A DNA stretch of 64,000 bases from Thalia democratica (lineage: Eukaryota), in NCBI GenBank assembly GCA_965202585.1, contig OZ241826.1, positions 23,498,001 to 23,562,000 on the forward strand, written 5' to 3'. Made by a program: the position numbers and the translations under genes. Numbering within the stretch: position 1 is the first letter of the stretch; every line of letters begins with the position of its first letter. The notes beneath the pieces were generated by a model. That model did not search any database. It was given only the letters and a program-made list of their open reading frames with translations, and had not been told where the DNA came from. This document shows, piece after piece, positions 1 to 12,600 of the stretch.

Positions 1-636
1 CGGTTTTTGCTTTTATATGGAATTATGAAGTTTTAGTAGTACAATGTTTCAATATGAACGAAAAAAAAAAGTTATGGTAAAACCCGTCGAACGAAAGGTT
101 ATTCACCCCAATGCTACACTCAAATGTTTTAAGTACCTAATTGAAATTTTGATTAGTAGTTCACTATAATAAAACAAAACTATTCAGGAAATATTGTTTA
201 TTTACTTAAACAAGTCGAATTTATTTTCTTCTATATATGAAACCTTAAAAAACTAATTTTTGTTTACAAAATTAAAATTTGTAAAAAAGATATTTTAACA
301 AAACCTTAATTTTTATCGGCTGGTAAATGACATTATGGCATGATATTTTTTAAATAATGCAATTTTATAAAAATTTTAAAAGTAATCCGTTTAAAATACA
401 TCTTCTAAAATCGTTAATCGAATCAGCATTTAAACCTAAAACACAAAACAAAAGTGCATTGGAAAAAAAAAGATATGCATAAAAAATCAGATATATTAAA
501 GTTTGTGCGATCGAAAGAAAGAAGCGAATAAAAAAAGTTCAAATTGGAATTGCATCAAATATATAACCCCAACCCCACACAAATATCATTCATCTAATTA
601 TTCATCCTTTGTTATGCTGCTGTGACGTCACACTGA

Positions 637-680
637 TCAGTTCTGGGTCTTGTTCTGCTCGTTACCGTTGGCAACCATCC
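637..680 (-). CDS. Pax2/5/8: Terminal coding exon ([14 protein letters not shown])
   Basis: caaacag|GG ATG; TGA at 637-639 in phase 1. Minus-strand AATAAA at 197-202 and 220-225 are possible polyA signals. Confidence 0.65.
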
Positions 681-3600
681 CTGTTTGTACAAGTAGCATG
701 TAAGTTTTTTGTGCAAATTATTTTTAAATTATTAAGTGTAAATATTATCCTTAGAAAAATATTTAAAATTTCAAACTGATTTCATCTTAATTATTGTTGT
801 TTCAGAAAAATTAGTTTCACTAAAAAATTTAGAATATATAAAATATTATGATATTTTTAACGTTTCAGCATGAAAAATCTTTAAACTTAAATAAACATTT
901 CTATTAAATAATTTCATATTAAAATATTTAACTTACATCTGTTAGCACCGGCCATGTTGCAAGCATCCCTGTATATAACATTGAAGTTTTCAGCAGAAGA
1001 GCTGTTCACTTGCTGTTGCTGTGTTGAAAGTACTAAAGATGGTAGCTGCACCGAATTCTGCTGGTTTTGCTCAGCTGTAAATAAAATAGTTTTTTATTTA
1101 ACTTGTTTTTTTATTTTATTATTATTATGTGTTGATAAAAGTAGTGATGGTAGCTGTACTGAATTCTGCTGGTTCTGTTCAGCTGTAATTTTATTATATT
1201 TATTTAAATATTATTATTTTGTATTGATAGTACATACTAGTGATGGGAATTGTGCACTGTTTTATTCAGCTGTGAATATTTTGCTGTTGTAGTGTTGATT
1301 ACACTAGGTGATGGTAATTGTACTGAACTCTGCTGTATTTTTCATTATTATCTAATATATTTTTTAGGAAAGAAAAAAATATATGACTGGTATTTAAAAG
1401 AACTACTTTTTGTATTTTGATTTTTTATCTCGTTGTGTATATCCATGTAAATGTTTTGCATTCAAAATTAAACTTAAAATTAAAAAAAGTTTCAAATCTT
1501 GAAATCTTAAAGTTTAATAAGAATGTATGATGTTTGAAAAACTATTTTTACGTAAGTATCAATTGAAAATGAATAGGGTTATATTACATCAATTATTTTA
1601 CCATCAAAAACCACAAAAAAGTATTCATTTTACATCACGTTTTGCACACTGAAATAATGTAATTAAAATAAGATAAATAAAAAGTAATAGCTCAGATAAA
1701 AACATTTTTTAAAATTACATAATTTTAAAATAAAATAACAACATATATATTTTTAAAATAAACTTCACTTAAATATATTAGTATAACTTTTAATTCTTCA
1801 AACTTTTTGACGTATACTGTATATAGATTGTTTGTATTTTAAATTTATGCATTCACTAATGTTTAAAAAGTTTAACAAAAATTACTTTCAAGTTACGCTA
1901 TAAAACACCTTACTTATAACTGATTATAGTTGCTTGGATAATTAATGATTACATTACATAAGGAACTATATACTAAAATTATTAAAAAATATAATTGTTA
2001 AACATTTATTAAATTCTAATTAAACTGTTAATATAAATAAAAACTAACAGTTATTTTGATAGTGGTTGATTTGGTTCTGGTTTCTCCTACCACTTAACAA
2101 TGTAGATACAGGTTGCAACTCAGTCAAGCTGTTCAGTTGAAGTTGTTGTTGCCTGCTGATTGTATTTGTTTAATTGACTTTTTGGTTTTTATAACTTATT
2201 ACTATTTGATTCAGTCTAACTGTTTAGTTGGAACTATTGCTGTCATTATTTTAGTTACATATCTAAGAAAATAGCTAAACTTTACTATACAATATCATAT
2301 TATTAGATCAGCTAAATACTAATTGTATATCCAACATTTATCTTATTTGTTAAAAATAGTTGTTCACTTTATTACAACGAAATTTAAAATAATTTGCATG
2401 GATGATTAGTTTCGGAATTTAAAAATAGTTAGTTTTCTTTCATTTTACTTAAATTTGCAAAAATATTTGTGTGGATAAAGTTGAAACCACTGAATTTTTG
2501 CATGTGAAATTATTTGCATTTTAATTTTTAAATGTTAAACTCATATATTTTGATTTTCTGTTTAAACTAAATGCTCCAGTGAAAAGTTAAAGTATTATAA
2601 CATTAAAAAGTTTTTATTTGAATTTTGTGTTAAGAGTTAATTTAATCATAAAAACTTTTTTTAATAAAAAATTCATATAATTTTGATTAATGAAGACTTT
2701 TGAAAACAAATTACAATATTTAGCCCACTTAATAATTGGTTTTAAATTCATTAACACGTAAATAGTTAAATTAATTTCACGCTGTGCTGGTTTTACTACC
2801 AGTTAGAATATAATAGTAGTGCCAATTTATTGCCGTATTGGAATATTATTAACGCCTTATATTGGAACAATAAAACTGCCCATGATTTCAATATAATTAA
2901 GTTATTATAAAACTTTTATTACCGTTCTTGACCAACAGAACTTGAATAATTTTAGATTGATTGTGCCCTTAAGCTTTTAAAACAAAAATTTATAAAAAAA
3001 GATTGAACTTATATTCAACGCTACTTTTAATAATAGACCTGAATTATACAATGAATAAATAGAGCAAAGGTTAAACCATCTAAGTTTTATAAACAATCAT
3101 GAAGCTTTAATCAATTAAATGGATTCTTTATTTGCAATCATCTGTTTAGTGGTTTCAAAACTAATGAAGCAAATATATTTGTAATTACACTTACAATTAT
3201 TTGAAAAACAATACTGTTACTGTATCATAACTTTATACATGTATTTTAAGCATATAAAAATATCCTAATTTTGAGCAATTTAACTCAATTAAAAAACTTA
3301 AACAATAATAAAATAATGTAACAATCTAATATTTTATTAGACCAAATTACTTAATTCAATTACCTGACTACATTGTTGTTGTTTTTAGCGGATATGATTT
3401 GTGAGAAATCAAGCTGCTTGTTGTTGGAGTTGTTGTTTGAGTTCGTGTTGTTTATCTGAGCTGCCGCCGACAATATCTGTATGAATATTACATAAACAAA
3501 ACAGGAGAAAATACTTGAAATACATAGAGCGTTGACATTTACAGGAGAAACAAAGTGTATCTATAAATATAGAAGAAAGTATAATTAAAACTTAGATAAA

Positions 3601-6600
3601 AACAGGAGAAAACATATATAGTGTTTATGTTTGCAAGAGAAGTAAACCAAGACCACAACAAAACAAAGTAACTATTAAATTGAAAATTGTGACTTCATTT
3701 TTTTCCCAGAGAAAAATATACTGTCACAATTTGATGTTAAAATTTTTTTTTAACTAATTCAAACTTAGTTTCTTATTTTAAAATCTGTTTTCAGAATATC
3801 TGTATGAGGATATATTATACAAATAAAATAGATCAAATATATGGAGTGTTGACGTTTATACGAGAAATAAACTTAGACCACAACAAAACAAAATAATTGT
3901 TTATTACTTAATTTTTGACTTCTCTTTTTTAAAGAAAAAATATACTTTCAATTTTTCATGCAAAATTTCTTCTTTAAGAAATTTTTCTTTTTGAAACTTT
4001 ATTTAATAATTTTGCTGACAAAGTGTGAGAAAACGTTACACTTGTTTACACTTTGACATCGAAATTTGTAAACAAATATCTTCTCTTTCATGTAGTAATT
4101 TTTACAAGTACATCAAGTTCAAACACAAACTAGTTGTATTTGTCGAAGAAACTTATGTGCCCTTAATTTTTTTACGGAAAATATTTTAAGATATGATTTT
4201 ATATTATAGATTGGAAGAAAAAATTTAAAAAATCAAGCTCACTCTTATGAAAATAATCAATTTTTTACTAACTGTAATTTGTAAAACTAACTTATATTTT
4301 TCGACACTTTGAACTTTTTTGTGGTAAACCAGTATTTTTGATGTTATCACGTAAATTAATTGAATAGCCATAAAAACAAACATATATATATATTCTAAAA
4401 CAATAACGGATATAAGGACACATTAACTTAAGAACAAGGAGATAAAAAACAAAACATATTTTTAATGTATTTAATTTTAAGTTTTTTCAAGTTTTAATTT
4501 TTGATGAAGCATTAAAAACTCATTAACTTGTATTTAAAATAAAATCTTAAGTGCATGTTCGTAGATAAGACAACTTCACAACAAAAATATTTTCAATCTT
4601 CACATTTTATACAATCCCAGACTTTATCAAGCAATTAATCATTTTGAGGAATTTCAGCCTTAATCAAACAAAAACCCGACACCAGCTATCAAAATATAAT
4701 CGCGAACAATTAAAACCCATCGTACCATTAAAAAAAGATATTTAAAACAAACTAATAAAATACTATCCCACGCAAAAGCAATCTGCAATCAGATCTATCG
4801 GAGAGGAAATTTATTCCAAACTTTTTTGGAAGCTAATCAAGCGTGAATGTCTGTCCATCCGTGAACTGCGATATCGTATTACACGCTCGAACAGGTTTCA
4901 ATAAATTTAACGCTCGAATGGATTTCACTGTGAGCCCTGGGAGTTACGTCATAATGCCCCTTGAATGCGACGGGTGTTTTTTAAAAAGCTGAAAGAAATT
5001 TCCAAAAAAATATGTTATATTGGTATATATTGACTGGTAGATGAGCACTGAGCAATATGTTGTTTTGAATGCTAAGACTTTCGGATCTAGTTAATTTTTG
5101 TGACTTGATGTTTTATGATTTGCAAAATAAAAAAACAATTCAGTTTTATTTTTTGAAAAGTTTGACTTTAACTCAATTGCTAACTTTTTTTTAATTTTGC
5201 TTTTCAATTTTCCAAAACTCAAACTGTTTTCATTATGAATAATAATTTTATTATCATAACCAGAACATTTCGACAGTATTGAACTCACAAAATCATCAGC
5301 TCATAAATAATTAAACATAAGTCTTTAAAAACTTAGGTCATAATTTTAGCGCATGCCAACTTTTCTAGACACATCAAAAATGGAGGGATTGATCTAAAAG
5401 GTTCAGTTGATTCTTGATATCTGAAAAATACTGAGCACTTTTAAAAAAAGATTCTAATTTCATAAAGACCCTGTAAATTTTATTTTAATCTATTATGTAA
5501 TCATTGTAGTTCAATCTTACAAACTTTATTTTTCGTGCTCATGCCAATTTTTTTCATACACATCAAAAAAAAATGGAGGGATTACTTCTTGGTTCGGTGA
5601 CTTCTCATCACGCTTCGACGATCACATGCGTCACAAAAATTTCACAGTTTCGGATTACCACAGTTCGAAAATAATCTTCAGATTTTTTTTTGACCCGATA
5701 GTTTGTCTGCATTCTCGGAATTTTCAAAACAATGGCTTGAAAGTCAACAACTCATTGTTTTCTTTTGTTCCGAAGTGGGAGGTTATGTTTTGAGTGGAAA
5801 AATCGTAAACACTTGGAATAATTTTTAGGAAGATAAAAAATTAAACTAAACAAGACATCTCAATTAAAGTAGTGAATACATACGTACTACATTTTGTTAT
5901 AATGGCTTTTAAATTGAGAATCATGTGGAAACGATAATTGTACCAAAAGCAATTTAAATCAATATAAAGTTCATGTGAAAAACTTGGTGTGGTGGAACAA
6001 ATATTTCTTGGATGAAAAAAATAAATAAATCACCAAAATTTGAAGTGTTTAATTTTCAATCAGTTTATTGTTTTGAACTGTATGTAGAAAAACTGACATA
6101 GCAGTTATGAACAAATTAAACCAATCAGAATAGTGTATTAATATTTTTTTTATACTTTAAAACTGCATAACCACTCGCGTAAAAACATGAACTGCAATTA
6201 ATTAAATTTAAAACATTTAGTTCAGTTCAGAGCTCATGGACAAAATTTTTAAAAAAATTCTGAGACAATACAATAATTAACATGGCTCAAAAAAGGTCGA
6301 AAAATAACTTTTCAGTCGGATTATCCTTAAAGTAATGGGATTTTAATTCACTTAAAAAATGTAATGTTTTATAAATACATCATCACATGAGTTTTTGTAC
6401 ATCCAAATTTATTTTTGACAGTTGTTTACAAATAATATGAGCGTAACAACTTTTCAAACCAAAATCTAACCTAAAGCCCTTACTATGGAAACCTATTGTA
6501 AATAGAAAGAAGGGTAAAATTGCATTATGAAAACTTTTTGAGTAAAGCTCGTCTGATATAAAATACGAAAACCATTTTGTTCAATCTTACAGACATTTAA

Positions 6601-9600
6601 TTCAAACTTTAACATTTTAAATTCATCCATCTTTTGCTTAGTAGACTTGTTTTATTATGAATGTATATATATTTAAAACTAGCCAATATACATAACTTTT
6701 AAAATATTCAACTATTCTGAACAAATTATCTGTTTTTATTATTAATTCTTTTCGTCAACAACAATTGAGAAAAATCAAATAATAATTTTAAAAAAGTTTA
6801 AACCATCATAACCCTTGTTAGATATAAACTAACAAACAAACAAAAATGCAAAACTACTATGAACAGATTACCTTAGATTACACGTTATTTATTTTAATAC
6901 TTTAGTTTATTAATATCAAACTAACAAACCTCAACAATTCCCTGTTGCCTGTTGTTGTTGTTCCTGACACCACCACCGTTGTTGTTGTTGGACTGATTGA
7001 TGCCGGTCAGTTGTTCCAGTTGCTCCTGCGTGAGCGTCTGCAGCTTGTTCGAGTTGTTGTTGCTGTTAGCTTCTGTTTAAAAATATTGTGAGTGTTGTTT
7101 ACAATTAGGTATTTTATATGATATTTATGTACGGAATTAAATAATAGTTTGTGAGATGTGGCAACATGTGTGGTATTAAAAGTTAAAGTTGTGGTGAAAC
7201 TAACTAGGAAAACAACTCGAGTTGTTGTTGCTGTTTGCGTCTGTTTAAAAATAATAGTTAATAAAATATAGTTAATAGTTAGTAAATATAAATGTTAAAC
7301 AGTAGTTAGTGACGTGTGACAATACGTGTGGTTTTAAAAAATTTAAAAACAATTAATTAACTGAAAAGAATTATAAGTTTGTCGGTGTGTGTTCAAAAAT
7401 AAATTGTGAACTTTAAGAAAAAAAAAACAAGTTTATTGTGGTTTTCCAATTAGTGTTAAAAGATATTTCCATTGTTTTTTTAACATGTGATTTTTTTAAA
7501 TGTTGGTAAAATTAGTGCTACAATTGTATGTAGAGTGATAATTGATAAACTGTGGCTTTTTTACAGTTAACTTTTGTTGTTGTGGTTTTACAGTTAAAGT
7601 GTGGTAAAACGTGAAATCGTTGTTTGCACATGTGGTTTTCAAAAACTTTTAATAAAATTGTTAATTAAATTTTTATTTATTCAAATATTTTTATTGCAAC
7701 TTTCTTATTTGAAGACTGTATTTTATTTTCAAATATTTATAAGCCTACCAAACGACTATTTATTAAACTTTACGTAAGTATTTAAAAATTAAAATTAATT
7801 AAAAATAACAATCATCAACATACCAGCGTTGTTCTGCTGATTCTGGTTGGTGGTCTGTCCCAGCAGCTGTTCCAACGTGCCGTTACTGATGGAAGCGTTT
7901 GAAATATTAGCCGCGTTCGATACCAGATTCTGTTGCTGCTGTTTCTCGTTCAGTGCTGTTTTGTTTATATTTTATAACTAATTTGACTAATGCATGGTAT
8001 AAGGGTGTCTTAGGCTTTTTGTTGCTTTAAAAAAACTTTAGGTAAAATTAAATGAAAACGAGGACTTGATATAATGCAAGCTAATGTATAGAATGACACT
8101 GAAAAAAGCTTTAAATAGAAATATGTTTTTTTCTTACTTTATGATAAAGTTATAAATTATTCAAATTAACGGACTCAAAAGGATTTCACAAGCTTTTTAA
8201 TGGATGGTTAATGTTGTTCATTTATTTTTGGATTAAAAGGGACTCAGTATGTTTTAAGTGTAGAGGAACATTGATAAAAAATTAAAGTCCCTAAACTAGG
8301 ATTTCCCAAACTGGGCAATAAGACCCTTTTGGTACAATAACTAATAAGGGATTAAAATTGGTGGGTGTTTAATTAGTAAGTGGGCAGTATCACATAAAGA
8401 AGAAAGATTATTTTTTAATCTTTTCCGAGGGGGCAACTACTAAAATAAGCTTGGTAAAACTTGCTTTACAACCTTAAACTTTATGTTCCATTTTAAAAAT
8501 AAAAAAACTTTGTTAGCACTAAATATTTAAACCACTAAAAAATAACAAACCAGACTGTAGAGCGTTGAGAATGTCTTGCTGGTCGGCCGCCGAACTCACT
8601 ATCTTTTCCATTTGCTTCTTCAATAAAATTAAAAATAAATAAACACACGATACAACAATACAAAAATACTAATCTAATATCATGCTCAGTATACGCGAGA
8701 GTTATTTACAGGCTTCTTGTTTTATTAATTCAAGCGTTAAAGGAGTTCAGTTTGCTAATAATGCAAATAAGTAGTACATTTCATACAACCTCTAGTCTAA
8801 ATTCTACTTTTTATTCACTTTTAAATGCAGCGCTCTCCAAATTTTTGGGTGGCTTTTATATTATATATACATATATATATAACAAAAAATACTACATTTT
8901 AATTTTAAATCATGCCAAGAGACTTTATGAACTTTTCAGCAATTGAAAATAAATACCTTTTTAATATTTATTTTTAATACATAAAATCATTCAACCACCC
9001 ACAAAGGTCAAAGAGCGCTGCCAACCAACTTTTCCGTTACCAAGCAATTTTCGGTTACTATGGCAACCAACCTCTCCCTTTTTTCCCTTACTGGTGGTAG
9101 CTTCCGACTGGTCACTTGTACCAACGGCTGCCATGGCAACGTTCTGCTGCAGGTACTTGGTAACCAGCATCTTCAGAACCTCCTCCCCCTTGCTGTTGAT
9201 GACGTCATCTTCCTTGCTAACAGTGACGTCATCATTTTTCTCTTCACTTTTCGCCTTTTCTCCATCTTGTTCCGGTTGGTTGGTTTCTGGTTGTGCTGTG
9301 GGTATGACCACTATTTGGCGTGTCTGGGGGGAGTTTTGTTAGTTGTTAGGCAACAAATTAGTCCGACTAGCAGCATCAATTGCAGGGTTGAGAATTTTTA
9401 AAAGTATTTATTTAAATTAAAGGTTTTTCAGACTCAATGAAGTCTAACTGAATAGTTTAAACTTTTTTTAATTTTAATATTTTTATAGCTTTTTATTTTA
9501 TTATGTAAAAAAATATTTTTATACAAACACTTTAAAATTATTTATAAACTTTTTTGTATGATAAAAAATGACCTACTAAAGGTCATGTACCCTGCAATTG

Positions 9601-12600
9601 AAGCGGCAATTCGCATTACAAGTTAGCAATTTGTTACGGGTTGGGTGCTTCGTGCTTTTATATGTACAAGTCGCTTCTTCTTTATGTACAACTTTTAATT
9701 CAGCAAAATTAACAGTAAGCACAGATACGTTCCTTCTTCTTTTAAAAAACATACATGCAGCTTTTTAAGTTTATTAGAGATAAGTCTCAAGAGGTATTAA
9801 AAAGTTTAAGAGAGTTGGTAAGATACAATGTTAAATCATGCTTTCAAATACAAGTATTTTTTAATTTAAACAATTCATGCCGAGTACACATTCATTCTTA
9901 TATTCATATACACACTTATAATTCATGCATCACTGTTGTCATGGTCACCTGTTGCTGCTGCTGGTTGCCAGGCTCCTGTTGGTAGGCATTGTTGTTGTTG
10001 CCAGTGGATATTATCAAACCTTGCGCCGCCAACTGCTCGACTTGCTGCTGGGTCAGCGTCACGTGCGTCAGTTGTTCTGGATTTTTTAATAATATATATT
10101 TTTTTAACTTTATAAAATAAAGACAGGTTTAAATAGTGACAAATTGATGTTTTAATATTTAAGCCACTACATCTATTGAAAACCTTTTTTTTAATGCTAA
10201 CATTACTCAATGAAACTAAAACAAAAATGTTGTTTGCATTAAAATAATTTAAAGGTTCATAAAAACATATTTTATACAAACTTAAACTTTTTACATTAAG
10301 TTATCATCAAACCTCCAGCTTGAATGTGCGTTTTGATGACGGCCTGGTTGTTCTGCTGGTTAGAATCACCCCCCGTCTGCGAAGCCTGTTTCTGTTAATA
10401 ATGCAAACATGTTATCTGTGACGTAACAGAAACATTTCGCTTCACGTATGACGTCACATGAGAATTAACACAGCGCGATGCCGGCATGAACAAAAAACTT
10501 TGCAAAAAAAAAACAGTGATGTTTATGCTTGTGATGTCTGACTCTTTTCTTAGTAAAAAATGTCAAACACTATCTATGACGTAATAAAGAGGCAAAAAAC
10601 GCCCTTTTAACTTTCAAATCATTACGGCGCGTTTCTTGATAATCTGCATAAAATGAAAAGAACAGATTGGAACTTTTTTATTAGTTTCACTCGGACGCAA
10701 GCACAATTTTGAGGATTAGCAGACGCTAAAAATTATTCACTTGTAACCTTACAATTTAAAAACACGTCAAACACCGCCTATGACGTCACAATAGTGCTAA
10801 AAACGCCCTCATTTTCATTATAAAGATATTAAAACAGTTTATATACTTAAATATACTTACTTATTCAAATTTTGTGAAAAAAAACAGACAGTAGAACTTT
10901 TTAATTCACTCGGACGCGTCAATAGAAAGTTCAGTTTTGAAGATTTTGAAACTAGTCAGACATAAAAAACATGATTACGGGTTTATTTTTAAAAACCGAA
11001 AGTATTAAACACATGCCGTTGTGTTTAGCCGCTTCGAAAAAGCTTATTTGCTTAGGTAAACCGCAAAACAACAAAGAAATAACTTATTGGTAATAAAGGT
11101 TTTGAACAATAAAAATAATTTGCTTTATTAGTAAAAATTGATTTTTATTTCTGCCATGTAAAGTTCAACAAATTTTTGCTAAAGCTAGAGTAATTGTTTG
11201 AAGTTTAAACTTCTGTTATACTTTTTTCTTGGTTTATTTTAATTCTTGCTTTAATAATTTTCAATTTGATTTAATTGAATCAAACGTTTACAAATATCCT
11301 ATTCCCTAACAAGCGCTCATATTTACATTAAACGTTAATAAACGTGTTATTCAATCAAATAAAAAAACAACTTTTATAAAAAATATTTATGTGATATTTA
11401 TATTTATCTTATCATTTTTATGATCAAATCAACTATGCAAAAATAACTTTTACTAAAAAACATACACGCTCAGTATACAAAACAAACATACCTGGTTGTT
11501 CTCGGCCACCAACTGCCCAGTCAAAATCACATTGGCCTGGTTCTGTAAACAAAAACATGAGGTAGTAAAAAAAAAAGTTCTACAAACAAATATGCTTCTT
11601 ATATTTCATGCCTTTATAACAGCGTGAAACATCGCGTCAACGCCGCCCATTCACATTTGAAATTGATTTATTTTCTACAGCCCCTCTTATATATGTTTGC
11701 TAGAAAATTTTTTTGAAATAATTTCAACAATTTGTTGTATGGGCAGCATTTTTCGATTTTTTAGAAATTTGAGACAATATTGACATTTTCCCTTGCCTAC
11801 TGTTTAATAGCATTTTTACGTTGCATTCAAAATTCTTTTGAGGGAATTAGTTTTTAAGATTTTAAAAATTGGTTTTTATACTCAAGTTTAATAAGCAATC
11901 ATAAGCACCATTTCTTAAACTTGAAACAATTTTCATATATTTCCTCCCCATAATCACTTCCAGTTTTTATTTCAAAGTTTCAATACGCAATTACTGATTT
12001 GAGACAGCCTGCTTCCTATGCTCGTTTGAACGGCAGCTTTTAGAAAAAATATTATTTTTTGAGAATCTGCTAAGCACCCTTGAGACGAAATTAATCAAAA
12101 TGCGAGACGAGACGTTGAAAACACATTTACAACAAATGTTACGTCGGAAACAAATACTATTTTACAGTTTTTGAAACTTTTGAAACCACTTTATGTTATA
12201 TACAAATATTAGCTTTTTTTCATATTTGAATTATGTTTTTCATAAGGGAATTTACTAAATTGCTTTCGTCTTTTAAAAAATTCCGCGGTGATTCAAAATT
12301 CAAATAACTTTATAAGCTAGTTGAAAACGATATTTTCATGACAAGAAAAAAATTTAGGTAAGAAGTTGCGTCGGAAAAAATAACTATTTAACAGTTTTTG
12401 AAACTTTTAACAGCATTTTACCTCGCATACAAGTACTGTTTTTTTTTATAAATAACTGAAATTATGGCTTTCGTCTTTTAAAAAATTCCGTGGAAAACAA
12501 AAACTCAAATAACTTTGGAAACTCGTCAAAAAACAATATTTGAATGGTAGGAAAAATATTTTGATATGGTAAAGTTTGAAAAACAAGATTAAGAAGACAT

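Noticed and set aside
600-680. Alternative frames for the last exon ([16 protein letters not shown] or GWLPTVT...*)
   Set aside because: The upstream donor is phase 1, which selects [14 protein letters not shown]. The other frames need unsupported junctions, though they are not excluded.
954-1292. Plus-strand 112-aa Cys-rich ORF with internal repeats
   Set aside because: It is the antisense reading of a Pax exon and its duplicated acceptors.
9060-9401. Plus-strand ORFs 9060..9401 and 9094..9342
   Set aside because: Antisense shadows of exon 9072-9323.
9923-10279. Minus-strand 118-aa ORF
   Set aside because: It overlaps exon 9949-10076 in the wrong frame and the rest is intronic AT-rich sequence.
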